Of a DNA stretch of 64,000 bases, positions 49,534 through 62,950 are shown one piece after another; within the stretch, counting starts at the first letter, position 1, and each line of letters begins with the position of its first letter. Location of the stretch: assembly GCA_028534125.1 (NCBI GenBank), contig CM052817.1:66714001-66778000 (forward strand), given 5' to 3'. A model generated the notes under the pieces. It saw nothing but the letters and a program-made list of their open reading frames with translations. It ran no database searches and had not been told where the DNA came from. The position numbers and the translations under genes were made by a program. This DNA is from Lama glama (taxonomy: Eukaryota).

Positions 49534-52500
49534 TCTTCTAGTCATGAAATATGCATTTTATTCTTACCCTCAAACTCACCTTTCTAATAGAGGCAATCTA
49601 AATTCCAATCAAAGCAAAAAATCCACATCCTTATTCTTTTTTTTCATAAGGCTGTGTCTTAAAGGGCTTTGGTCTCTCAACAACTTTCTCTATGTTATGT
49701 CTTACTGTTTGGTTTCTGCAAATGATCAGGTTTTCTAGTTCTAAATGGCTCCAAATTTGTGAACTCTATTCCCTTGCAAGTCAGAAAACTCTCTCCTGGG
49801 CTTATCTATTTCTCATAATAGTAACAGTTAGCTGCCCTCGTATGATGGTAGCCAGTACACACTATTTCTTTTATTTTCTCTAACCATTTTCCATTATGTA
49901 TAAGGCTCATTGTTTTTTTAGCCTCTGACAACAGTTTCTTCACCACTCAAAATCTAGCTGCTCAGTTAATAACATGTATGTAAGGATTTCTTAAGGAAAC
50001 ATCTCATTTCAAAGTACCAATTACTATATTAGTCAGAGTAAGCTAATTGTTGCCAAAAAAAAAAATCAATGTGCAAACCTCAGTGGTTTAATATGCTTAT
50101 TTTCTACTCATGTATCAGTCTAACTGGATGTTTGGTGGGTGAGTGTTCCTGTGATAATAGAGGAGATCAGATTCATTTCTGCGGCACTGCCATCATCAAT
50201 GTGTGGCACATGTAGAATGGGAAGAGAATGTGGAAGATTGTATGTGGCCAATGGATCATTTTTATTAATGCCTCTATATTATAAAAGGTCTAAAATGATA
50301 AATATCAAGTGTTTCTCTGTGGGGGTAGTTTTATGAGTATCTTAAAATTTCTTTCTTTTTTTGCTTCTTTAGTTTTTCAAGACTCCTAGAGGAAACATTA
50401 TATCAAGGAAAACATTATAATTGAGTAATGCCTCAGAAATAAAGGAGTACATTTTACCATATGAGCTAACCATTAAATACAAACCTGGTTAGAAAGGTCA
50501 TCTGGAAACACCTTTTGACTATTTGGATATTTTAGAATAAAAGTTGTTCATGTAACTCTTCACTACTACAGAAGTTTACCTCATTGACCTTCAGGCTATA
50601 AAAAGGGACATTGGAAAATATTAACAGTATTAAAGCCTTTTATTATTGTCCTTGTGTGTCTTTGCAGATCAGGTATTTACTTATCTGCCAGGTGCACTCT
50701 TGAACCCTTTGTTTCTATGTTTCTTAGAGAGACTTCATTCTTGGTTCACTTCAATTAAAGAAGTACTTAATGCCCAGTGTAAGCTTATTACAAGGAGGAT
50801 TAAAGTAAAAGCTTAAGACATGTATCTTCTCCTGAAAACCCACACAAAATGAACACTGTAGTGAAGGGCAGTGAAGAAGGAAAGCACTCAAGTATGAAAA
50901 ATCATAATGAGCATATTAGCATTTAAATGGAAAGTTACAGGTGTGGAAGAATTCTCCTGTGTTAAGATTTTAAAACATGTGTTCTTGATTCCCTCTTTTC
51001 ACTTGGCCTCACATCTCTCAAATTTTGTTTTTATTGTTAACATACAAAAATGGGGAACCTCATTCAGTGAAATCAGGAGGAATCAGTTTACACTTTGGCA
51101 GGTATTGAGCAAGTTTTGTTGTTTTTAGTATCTGTCAGGGTGGACATTATCTTTTGTGACGTGCTTCTTATCACAGAGTGTAGCAGAAGCAGGAAATGAT
51201 CTGATGTATTTATTATGTTTTGTGTAGGAACATGGGAGGAAGCAAGAGGCCTTGCAAGTGTGATTAGAATTGCCCCCATCTCTTGTTTCATTTCTTCTGA
51301 GGGGCTGTGCTTGTCCTGTTATCTGGGGGAGACCAGGGTGGGCTTTGACCCAGATCTAAACTCAGAAAGGATTGAGCTGTAAGAAAGGGGAGGAAGTCCA
51401 GTAAGGAGAGAAATCTCCAGGATGGTGAACATATTATACTTAATAAATATTTTTTTGTTTCAAATACTTATTAGAAGTGCTAAGTCTAGTAGGAGATTTT
51501 ACATATATATGGATTTTAAGTAGAGATGGATGCATGATCTTTTTATAATGTCAGTATTATCTGAATGTAAATATGGATGAAACTATTAAGATAAAGTAAC
51601 AAATGTAGGAATAAACCTTGAGTAATTCCATAATAAGGTATCTGACTATAAAATTAATTTAGCTATTTGCTGGTCAAATCAAGCCTCTTGTATTTGCAGT
51701 TTACATGTAGTATAAGTTTCTCACCATGGAATTGGAAACATACGACAGGTAACTCTCATCCTTACAGCAGTTTTACAATGGGATGCCTATCTATTAAGAG
51801 AATAACAGAAAATAATGTTACAGATTATGACTTGAACACTAAGACTATTTCAGCTAGCTACACAGATACCTGTTTCATGGCGTTATAGCCTTTCCCCTAG
51901 CAATAAAAAATGTGTTCAACACATACATTATACACCTCTCTCTTTGACTTGTATTACTGAAGCCTATGAATCAGTAGTTCTAAACTTGTTTTTAGATCAA
52001 GAACTCTTTGAGAATGTGATGAAAGTAATGCGGTCCCTCTTTAGGAATACATAAATTTTTATGGAAAATTTCTTATAGACCTTTCCCAGGAGCCTCTTTC
52101 AGACTCTAAATTAGAAAACTCTACTCTCAATCATGGTTTTTCTTGCTGGTTTTTGAAAGGTCTGGGGAAAACTATAGCCTTCAGTGTTGCCCAGATTCAC
52201 CCATGGCATTCCTTGTTCCTCTCTTGGCACTGTTTACTGCAAACAACATGGAGGTGGAAGGGAAATAATGAATTTGAGGCTGCATTTCTCTCTGGAGTAA
52301 GAATAGAAAATCATTTACTTATCCATCCATTAAACAAACATTTAGTAGATAGTTATTATACAAAAAAGCGCTTTTGTTGGGACTAGGGGACATATGATAT
52401 ATAAGATAATCAAACCACAAGAAACCCAGAAGTATTATTCATACTATTAGTATATTTAAAAACCAGATATTATAAATATAGAAATATTTATTATATAAAC

Positions 52501-53098
52501 CAAACTGAATACAAGTGAATATTATAAAGATAGAATTACGTTAGTTACATTTATTTACACTGGGTAGCATGTTGTATGCAGAAATGCTTCATAAATTTTA
52601 AAATGTCTTTCAAATGTTTTTATTTTTAATCTTGATATTGGGAAACCAAAGCTAATGAAGATCATAGTAAGTAAAAGAAACAAGAGACTTCCATATAGGA
52701 AATAGGATTTACAAACTCAGAGAGATCCCAAAACAAACTTGAGCTAAGGCAGAAAAATAAATCAATTATGGAGTTGTTAAATACAAGACTTAACAGATAC
52801 TTTCTGAATAATAGTGTAAGTTGATATTTAGCAGATGTCTATTCAAATGTAAAGCTTAAGAAAGCCAGTTATAAAACTGAAATTGAAAAATACAGTGTAG
52901 CTGCAGAATATAGGTGGGTCTATGCTCATTTATTTCATGAAAATAACTATCCAGGGAAAAATAGGCCAAAACTTCTAGAAACTGTTACACATGGGAAAAT
53001 GTGTTATGGTAGATTTTCTAAGAAAAGCATTAAAGACCTAATCTTGATAGCCACCGGGAAACTAACAGAAAGAACACTCAAATTAGTTACAGGAAATA

Positions 53099-53540
53099 TG
53101 TATTTCTTTAAGTTTCCTCGGGCTGCCATAGCAAATTACTACAAGCTTGTTGACATGAAACAACGGAAATTTAATCTTTCCCAGTTCTGGAGGCTAGAAA
53201 TCCAGAATCAAGAGCTTGGCAGAGCCCCTCCCTCTGATGGCTCCAGGGAAGAATCCTTACTTCTCTCTTTCTAGCTCCTGGTGGCTCCCAGCAATTGTTC
53301 CTGGTCCTTGACTGGTAGCCCCATCACTCCAGTCTCTGCCTCCATCTTCACATGGCCGACTTTGTGTCTTTGTGTCTTCTCCTTTTCTCTCTTTTTATAA
53401 GAGGCCCATGATAATCTGGGATGATTTCATCTCGAGATCCTACCTTACTTGTAACTGCAAAGATCTTTATTCCAAATAAGGTCACATTCTGAGGTTTCAT
53501 GTGGATATAAATTTTGGGGACCACTATTCAACTCACTATA
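53099..53540 (-). mobile_element. MaLR LTR (MLT1B/C-like)
   Basis: gggctgccatagcaaattactacaa...cagttctggaggctagaaatcc...tccaaataaggtcacattctgagg...ctattcaactcacta. Confidence 0.88.
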
Positions 53541-53964
53541 CTGCACCACTGATAAAAAAACAAAAAAACATTTTTTTTTATTGATTGACCTCTGGAAAGA
53601 GAGAACAAATATTTTATTATTTTAAAACTCAGAAGTTATTCCTATAAATTGGCCCACCTGAGGATTATGTGAAAGTGAAATCACACATTTTCCTATCCTA
53701 TAAAAACTTCAAAATCTTGTCATAAAATAATTAATGCACAAAGGCAAGGGATATCTGGGTAGACCCTAACACTGATCAAATGTATGCTTATGATTATTGA
53801 TAGACCTTTCCAGTTGAACTCACTATGCTGTAATTGAACAGATTATCTAAATCCATTTATGTTATTGGGAATATCATATAGCCATAGTGACTGAATCTTT
53901 AGAGCAATCTTTAAGACTTGCTTTACTATAAAATGTGACTCCTTTTGTTGTTGTTGTTGTTTAG

Positions 53965-54440
53965 GTGGGCTAAATTGTATGATCTAGATATTGTTATATT
54001 GCAGTGACAGAAACCCGAAAGTAGTTTAAAAATGTGAATTCACTGAATCATGCATGTAACCAAGAATTCCAAGAGGATAAGATTGTCGTTAAAAACACTG
54101 TAGATTCAAATAATGCTATTTTTTCCTAGTCAGTCTCTCTGGCCCATCTCTCCTTCATCACTTGGTCCTGTTTCTATTGGTGTGTTGGCAACCTACAATA
54201 GACAGGCTTTCTTCATGTGGTGAGGGAAATGATGGCATAGCCACAGAGAGGTTCAAAATTATATTATTCCAGTTTAGTGACCCATGACTGAGAAAAGAGA
54301 TGGCACCCATTTATACAATTTCACAGAATGATTCTGATTGGTCTGGATTATGTCACCCATTAATTTTCAGGTCAATTACATGTCAAAGGGATGGGATATT
54401 TTGTCAGACTAGGTGCTTGCAACATGTGTTACTGTCTTTG
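53965..54440 (-). mobile_element. Older MaLR LTR (MLT1J-L-like)
   Basis: ttgcagtgacagaaacc...gattctgattggtctggattatgtcac...gggatgggat. Confidence 0.5.
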
Positions 54441-54445
54441 GGGGT

Positions 54446-54821
54446 TGTCGTAGTCACTTTGGGTTGCTGTAACAAAATGCCATAGATTAAATGGCTTACA
54501 AACAACAGAAACTTATTTCTTACACTTCTGGAGCCTGAAAGTCTTAGATTAGGGTATCAGTATAGTCAAATTCTGGTGAGGACCTTCTTCTGAGTTGCAG
54601 ATTGCCAACTTCTGTATTCTCACATGGTGGAGAGCAGAGAGTGGAAGCAAGCTCTCTGGTGACTCTCATAAAACCATTAATCCATTCATGAGGGCTCCAC
54701 CCTTGTGGTCTCATCTAATCCTAACTGCCTCCCAAAGGCCCCACATTCTAGTACCATCACATTGCAGGATAGTGTCTCAACATAAAGGATTTGGTGGGAC
54801 ACAAGCATTTGATCCATAACA
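54446..54821 (-). mobile_element. MaLR LTR (MLT1A/MST-like)
   Basis: tgtcgtagtcactttgggttgctgtaacaaaatgccataga...aatccattcatgagggctccacc...ccataaca; near-TSD ggggt/gggtt. Confidence 0.88.
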
Positions 54822-56196
54822 GGGTTTAGTGGAATGTCATGGCTGGAAATCTGTAGTCACAGAAGAGAGTAAAACTAAGTCAGCCATATTGGGATTTAAC
54901 ATATGAAAGTGATAATGCCAGCTTTTCAATAGTAACATTGTACATTTTCTGTGTTGAACTTTGTGGAGATTCTCAAAGTTTTGATAATTAACTTTCCAAA
55001 TGCATGTCTAAATAACTCTGCTTCTTTTTTTTTGAGAGACCCTGAACTAAAATCATTTTGCTTCCTCTAGCTTAGATGTGACTTTTGGAAGTACTTTCTT
55101 CTAAAACATTTTAAAACATTGCTGTTAAGAGTGGATTAACTATGACATTTGGAAATGTCAGAGGTAATTTTGGCTATGGCAATATTGGCCAAAGCATCTC
55201 ACCTATACAAAATATAATTTTGAGGGCTTGTGTGCTCATGACATTGCTAGATGTCTTTTCTTCATCTGTCTTCTTTCAGCAAATTGTTTTTAGAATACAA
55301 AGCAGTCTGAAGCAATCCACTCCTTACAAAGCAATTATCATTAGAAAATGTCACTGCATAAATTGTAGGATAGAAGAGGCAAAGAGATGTGATTAGTGGC
55401 TGATTCAGAAGAGGAGAGCACACCTTAGTAGAGCAGAGTGCCAGGATCAGGAACTCATATCCTGTTTTTCACTTCTGTTGAACTAACCTTATTAGAGGAA
55501 CTGAATTGAACAATGGAATGGTTGATAGGATTTTTCCAAAATTCCAGAGAGATTCAGTAGGAAGAGGAACACTTACAACATTTGTTTAAAAATAGTTAAT
55601 AGCTAGTATGCTTTCTTTTATGCAATTGATGCATTCTAGAATATAGATATGGATTGCATTAACTAGTAACTAATGTTAATTGACTACTTCTAAAGACTAG
55701 GTTCTATGCCATGTCCTTTATAAATCTAGTATTTTAAAATCCGCATAGAATGATTATATATATATATATGTATATATAACTCTTATTGTACATATATGGA
55801 ATTCTGATGCAGGTTTTGTAAGTTTTCCAAACTGACCTTGCTAAAGTGGAAATGAGATTCATACCCAGATCTATCTGACTCTGTTATACATTAGACAGGC
55901 TTGCTAAGTTTTATGTATGCCTATACTGGATTCTTTTTTTAACACAGTCATGTTGTTATTCATGTGTAGTTCTTATACTCAATAAAGTTACGTTGCATTG
56001 AAACCAATTGTTGACATAGATCATATGGGTAAATTTTGCCTTTCAATATAATCCAAGAGATGCAATGATAGCTGGTTGCTCGCTTCTTGCTTTTTTTCAA
56101 GGTTAACACTTCTTTGATCCAAGCCTGCACACTTAAATAAGAGGGAAGATGAGTTTTAAATGCTGCTCTAGAGATGTTTTAAAATTCCACTGGATT

Positions 56197-56283
56197 TAGG
56201 GTGACCAGATTTAACAAATAAAAATATAACTACATTTGAACTGTTGTTTATATGAATTTCAAATCTTTTACCCGGCAACCCTA
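56197..56283. mobile_element. MER53-like hAT MITE, internally deleted
   Basis: Imperfect terminal inverted repeats tagggtgaccag / ccggcaacccta. Confidence 0.65.
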
Positions 56284-58039
56284 ATTTGAGTTTGCTTTCA
56301 CTTTGCTTGAATTCTGTTTTCTCTATGAAGTATATTATAGAGTATGATATAGAGTATTATTTTGTTACTCTTAAACTTTCAGACTAGGCCTTCAAGTGAG
56401 CTATACCTCTTTGAGATTTCAAGTGTCAATATGTTAAATTAATCATCATCCAGAATCTACTACCCTGATTTCCTATTTCTTGTTTCTTTTTTCTCTGGTT
56501 TGTACTCTGAATTGAATTTTCCCACATAAGACATGTACTGTTTTATTGCTCTTTGGCAATTATCCACAATACAGAAATCTAAATCAGAAAAAGGAAGGCA
56601 GAACAGGAAAGAATAAGGCAAATTGGCAGGAGTTAAGTCTAGAGCTTCCTACTAGAGTAAGTAGCTTGTTGAAGAAAATGGGATTAGGTACTAGGACTAG
56701 CACATGAAGATAAAAGCTGATAGAGAAGGCCGAACACTGGAAAAACCGAGAGGTGGATTATGCAGAAGGTGAGCTGGTCATGTACCATAGCAGAGTGATT
56801 CTCTTGGAGCAGGGGTTTGGATAATCAGAGATGGAGAATGAGAGATCAGGACTTCCCTGCTGCTTTGTCCAGGAATGGCCTCTCTTAGTTTTAAAGGTAC
56901 AACAACCCCTAGGAAGACATAAAGTTCTGCTGGAATACTGTGCCAACAATTTAGAGAAAAGCTCTTCATTCCCACCCACAAATATGCATTTGGGTAAGAA
57001 CTGGCTCTTGCTAAAGGAGAGTCTGTTAACTTATTTGAAGAACTACTCAGTGAAAATACCTAGGTCATAAGTTAATTAGATACATACCCACTTGCAAGTA
57101 CATCCAAGGAAGTAAGAAGCTCCGGAGGAAACAATGTAACATGGTCTCATCTGTGAGACACATCCTGGCACAGACTCATGGGCAGCAGCATAGTGAGAAT
57201 ATAATGCTTGTCCCACCTCTGTGTCTTTGTGTGAGTTACACACAGACACAGACATAGACACACACACTCAATTTTTGTCCAAAAACATCAATATTAAATA
57301 CAAATTTACATTTTCTTAGGTTCTTCTCATTTCCTGCTGGCCAACTCCCACATTCATCCATTTTCCCCTTTGGCACCGACTCTTGGTCCTTCTCTTATTT
57401 GCATATTTATTCTGCCTCTTCTGGATAGGCACATGTGTCTGGTGTCTCTGACTTCTCAAGAGATTTCAAACCTTGGGTGTTCATAAATTAAGTTGTGATA
57501 GATAATTTGGGGATATTATTCATAACAAGAAAGACCATAAAAGTAGAGTGTTGTAAGTCAGATTGTGAGAAAGTCACCTACAATATGTTACTGCATGGGA
57601 ATTCTGAGAATTTGAACAATAAAGTATTATTTTAAAAAATCACAAAATCACCGAAATCCTACCTTCTTACCAAACACATTGCTGGTTAAATAATCTTTAT
57701 AGCTAGATCTTTAATTTTCTTACATGAGCATTCTGTAAATTGCTTTAAAAATACATAAACATTGCACAATGCACTTTGAAAATCAACCACTAGAAAGTTA
57801 AGTGTAACTTAGCGTGGCTTATTCACTGTGGCAGAATTTAATACTTTCTTTTTTGTGTGAAATATAAGGAGACTTTATAGGGGGATCATGCTGGAATACG
57901 AATGCTCATGATCCTGTTAACTGCAGCTAGAGCAGGTAGAATAGCAAGCATCCAGTCAAGATCCCCAGTGTTATGGACAAGCTTGTAAATTGTGACTTCT
58001 TCATGTAAAACAGTGAAACACCTTTAGGTGAAGTGTAGC

Positions 58040-58495
58040 GTTCCTAACCTGATTTTAAGGTCAGTCATGATATGGTCTCTGTTTATCTCTTATCTATATC
58101 TTTTTCACTTTCTACTTCTACTTTGTACCTCATCCACACTCATCCACTACTGATCTCCTTGCTGATTCTCAAATTTGAATTATTCTTTTTTCCATCTTGG
58201 CCTTCCTATGGTCTGTTTCTTTGACAGAACAACATTTCCCACCCCACATAACATCTACTTAACTTTCAGGATTCAGCTTTGCTATGCACCCTCTCTGTTC
58301 TTATCCCTACATTAATTCCTTCTGTATTTCTATATTAATATCTTCTTCTTATTATTATGCTGCTATTTTAAGAATATTTTCTATATTAATCTTTAACTGT
58401 GTTTTGAAAGTAAGTGCCTCTTATTCTTCATTGTTTATCTAGGGCCTATGAAATTTCCCAGATCACAGCAGGCACTCAAAAAATATTTGTTAAAA
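58040..58495 (+). mobile_element. L2 fragment
   Basis: Ends cacagcaggcactcaaaaaatatttgttaa (L2 3' end). Confidence 0.6.
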
Positions 58496-59154
58496 TAATG
58501 GGGTACGCAAAGATAGGCAGACCCAGCTGCAGCTCTTTGGAGGATATGCAGTTGGTAGAAAGAGCATGATATTCAAGGGATACACTAATGTTATTAAAAT
58601 CCTGACTCAATCAAAGGACTGGATGGAAATAATGCAATATGTGTTTTAAAAAGAGCCTTTCTCTGTCAAGATGCACATGATTGATTTGTAACTTTCATTT
58701 TATAAAATAAACACCTGGATAATTTTCCTGGATGATCTACCCCAAAACCTGATATGTTATTGATATGATCAATAATACTTTCATTTTGTCTGGGTAAATA
58801 ATTTTTCTTGGAAAAGGCACAATGCTATAGGTGGAATGCATGAAGAGAAATTGAAGCTAGTTAAGTGAAACAAGGCAGTAATTTTCGTGTTTTATATGTG
58901 TATGTTGCTGTGAAATGAGTATTGAAAAACCTTTTTTTGAAGAGATCTGTTACTTTCTTTTTCTCAAGTATCAATTATGCATTAGAGTTGACAGTACTAT
59001 AATTTTAAAGTATTTTCTTTCTCTTTAAAATGCAAACTTATTCAGTAAAATATATACACTTTGAATAACTCATAAGCCAAATAATAAGGATATCACTGAG
59101 ACTAGTAGTAACATAAACTCTGGGAGGTTAAAGGGACAGTAGTTATTAACTGGT

Positions 59155-59645
59155 TGTAGTAGACACTTTTGGTTGTTTCCCACTAGTTCTTTCCTCACTC
59201 CCTATCTCCAAAGAGGACACTGAATTCCTCAGCCAAGAGGATTTGCTGTAAATAATGCCATCGGCAAGTTGTTGAGCCCCAAATGGTCTAAATCAGCGTC
59301 TTAACGCTATCTTCCTTGCGGAGTGCTTGGCTTGTCACCTAAGTTAATGGTTGGGAAAAGACAAGCTCAGCTATCCTCTGGAAGCTGACACACACAGATG
59401 TGGTACTTGGAATTCCCGAAACCATCTTCTACCATGATTGGAGCCAACCTGAAGGTAAAGTTGACACAGAAGAAGGCAGTAAGAAGACAAGTGGAGCCAG
59501 GGTTCTGATCAAATTATGCCTAAGGATTGCTTCACATTTGGAATTTTCAGTCATGAGAGCCAATGCATTCCAGTGTTGTAAATTTTAATCCGTTTTATTT
59601 TAGTTCTGTGTTACCTGCAAGTTGAAAAAAAATCCTAAATAATAC
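59155..59645 (+). mobile_element. Old MaLR LTR (MLT1I/J-like)
   Basis: tgtagtagac...accatcttctaccatga...ttttcagtcatgagagccaat...ttacctgcaag...aatcctaaataatac. Confidence 0.65.
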
Positions 59646-60339
59646 CCTCTTCTAATGTTCTTCAAATGCTCTCTTTCCCCAAATGAAGAAATGTTTGATT
59701 CAGAACAGTTTAGTTTCTGTTGCTAAGGGTTTGGATCCATGACTTCTGTTGAGCTCCTACTATGTGCCAGATCTTCTGACTGGTTCTGTTTCTATAAAGA
59801 TGTATAAGACATACTCCTGCTTGCTCAGGTCCCATTTAGAGAATATACATGCATTAATTATGTTACAAGCTAAAACTGCTTATGATAGAGGCACAGAGTG
59901 ATGTGGATGCATCAAAGAAGGTAACAGTTCTATTTGGGATGATGGGAGGGGTAAGGATGTCTCAGATGAAGAAGTAGGGATAAGACCTTCCAGGAAGAGA
60001 GAACTTTCTTAACAAATTGAAAAGCTATAAAAATGCACAGTGTATACGAGGATACTTTAATATACAGCCTGAGTGTACATGAGACATATGGTAGAGGAAG
60101 GGATAGGAAATGAGCTGAACATATACATAATGTATACTATTGACTTAAAAAAATGCAGAAGATTTAGCAAAATTCAAATTGTGCTTTTGTCTAAAGTATT
60201 CATTGTAGGTGTGTATGTAGATCAAAATACATCTACTCCAAGGGAGCTACCTGTTTCTCTATGCATATGAAGAATCAATGTCACATTGTCTCTTTTTAGC
60301 AACAAATTAAGAATAATTTTGAAGAGAAATTTTCCATTT

Positions 60340-60698
60340 CCCAAAGCACCACATACTGGGTGGCTTAAACAACAGAAATATTTTTTTTTCACAATTCTGG
60401 AGGTTAGAATTCTAAGATCAAGGTGTTAGCAGAGTTAATTACTTCTGAGGCATCTTTCTTTGGCTTATAGATAGATCTTCTCCCTGTGTCTTCACATGAT
60501 CTTCCTCCTGTGCACGTTTGTATCCCAAGCTCCTTTTCTTGTAAGGGACATCAGCCATATTGGATTAGGGCCTACCTCAGTTACATCTTTTTAACTTAGT
60601 TACCTCTTTAAAGTCCCTGTCTCCAAATACTGTTATATTCTGAGGTAGTGGGAGTTAGGACTTCAACACATGAATTTTGGAAGGCAGTTCAGTAATAA
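60340..60698 (-). mobile_element. MaLR LTR (MLT1A0-like)
   Basis: caccacatactgggtggcttaaacaacagaaat...aagatcaaggtgttagcag...ctccaaatac...ttaggacttcaacacatgaatttt. Confidence 0.88.
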
Positions 60699-61869
60699 TG
60701 CCCTGTAATGTCTAGATCCTGTTCCTATTGCTTGTAAGCCTTTGAAGCTACCATGCAAAGAACACAGGGGAACCTTATTTGTCATATAAACTTTCTGAGA
60801 ATGGGAGAACACCACCTGGACAGACACCTCAGTAGTGTCTCAAAAGGGAAAACCTTGAAATATAAAGTAGTCTGGCAGGGGTTGGTTAATAAATTTGTAA
60901 ACTAGGCAAGTTGCTGGAACAATTAGTATTTTCTTTTGTTGTAACACGGGATTCTATTATGAGTTGATGTTAAAAGTGTTAAAGTTTTTGAGCTTATGTT
61001 GTATATGTTACACATCATGGTTAGGTACAGTTTAACTGTTTTGATAGTCATAGTGAAGTTTTACTATCTGTATTTTACTATCCATGTTTTTCTGTTCTAT
61101 TTCTGAGTGCCCCTCTTCACTTCTGGTCATTTTTTAGCCTAAGCTGAAGAAAAACTCATTGCCTTCTGGATATGTGATTGATATGGATCTGTATTGCTAT
61201 TCAGTGGGTTTTGAGTCATTTTCATGTATGCCAGTTTCGGGGTTTCTTGTTCTTTTTGTTATAAGTCATCTGGCATGACAGTGGTGGCTCTTGCTCACTA
61301 CAGCACAAACACACACTAAGACAAATACTCTCATTAGAGTTTGCAAAGCAATATGAAGCCATGATTATAGACTTACAAATACAGGTCATAAAAGCATGCC
61401 CTATAGTTTATTTGAATCTTCCTTACGTAAGCAAGTAGATTTCCCTTTTACTTTGGGTGTTGATTTTTCAACTTTGCCAATGTCTGAAGATACAGTCCCA
61501 AATCTGGTGTCTATTAAGGACAAGGGTCTTGGGAGTAGAGTGACGAAAGGATGGAAGTGGTTACTGGCAACTTAGAACCGTGAAATAGCAGAGAGGGGAG
61601 AAAGTAGCAGAGAGATGAGGTCTCACTCTATCATTCTTGTGAGTACACACTTCGCAAATCACTGAGTTTCTCTTACGGAGGAATATTATCTTATTCCAAA
61701 AAAAGAGATTTGCAAGAATGTTGAAACATTTTATAAAAACTCACTTCATCTCTAAAAGCACTAGACTGGTGTAAGCAAACAAAATGCTGAGTGGAATCAT
61801 CTCTGTTAAATTGCTGCTCATGCCCAAAGTGAGGTTGAAAAGTACTAAGTGTCTCACATTCTGACAAAA

Positions 61870-62950
61870 GCTGCCCTCAAGTCACTAAAAATTGGGATCA
61901 GGTACACCTCCCTAGGGCTTATCAGGGAGAAGATATAACCAGAGTCAATCACCTGACCCTCATCCTCCATTTAACCACCCCCGTCCTGCCCCCAAACATT
62001 TAAGGTAAAGTCTGTGGAGGAGAAAGGGAAGATGCCAGAATACTCACTTCAGCAGAGAGTGCAGTACTTGTGGTGAGAGGTTTTTCTCTTCCATTTGGAA
62101 GCAAAGAGAATGGGCTGAGGGTCCAAGAGAAATTTCTGAATGTGATTGCAGATGCTTGTAAGAAAAAGGATCTGGTAGATCATCTCCTGGCTGTATCTCA
62201 TTTGCTTAGAGAGTAGCCTGATTGATCTGCCCTTGTATCTATCTGATCAGGAGAACAGAATATTGAAGAAAGAAGAGAAGAAGCAGAACTGGATTGGCAA
62301 AAATGTGTGAGATTGGCAAAAATCTAACGGATAATAGTCAGGCTCGAGTCCTCTTACCAGAAGTGCACCAAAGAGGGTTAACTACCAGGCAGGCTTTGGG
62401 TGGACGGCTGGGTGCAGGACTGAGTGTTAACTGAAGAAGGTGATCCAGAACTAGATTTTATTTCAGAGGATTCTGCAATGGAGAGTCCCTGCAGGGCTTT
62501 TTCTCACATGCAACCCATGTAGGAGTCTGTGTGTGGACACTTGTCATAGAGGGAGAAGAAATAATCAGTGCCAGCCCGGGGCTTCAGTTATGTGTAGGGA
62601 GAGTTATATTATCTCATCCAGTTAAGTACAGGACATTTGAAATTTCCCAGGATTCTTCTACCTGTTCCAGTAATGACTTCATTCAAACCTAGAAATGAAG
62701 AGGAGGGTGAGGAATGTTAAGACTCGACCACCCCTCTTTTCCATATAGCTCATAGGGTCACAGACCTATCATCATTGGAGGAAAGGGGAAGCTTGGAATT
62801 GGATATGATTTTGGAGTTTTAAAATGGACTAGACTGAGTCTGGATAACCAAAAGTGCCTGGAGAGCAGTGAAGTATTTAAAATATAGTTGAAGAAAAAGA
62901 GGGATTTGTCAGTGGATTTTTTAATCAGAAATTGGAAAAAAAGTTTCACT
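61870..62950 (+). mobile_element. Probable ancient Gypsy-like LTR (MamGypLTR/LTR85-like)
   Basis: Purine-rich ~1 kb block with ggggaagcttggaattggatatgattttggagttttaaaatggactagactg; family assignment from memory. Confidence 0.45.
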
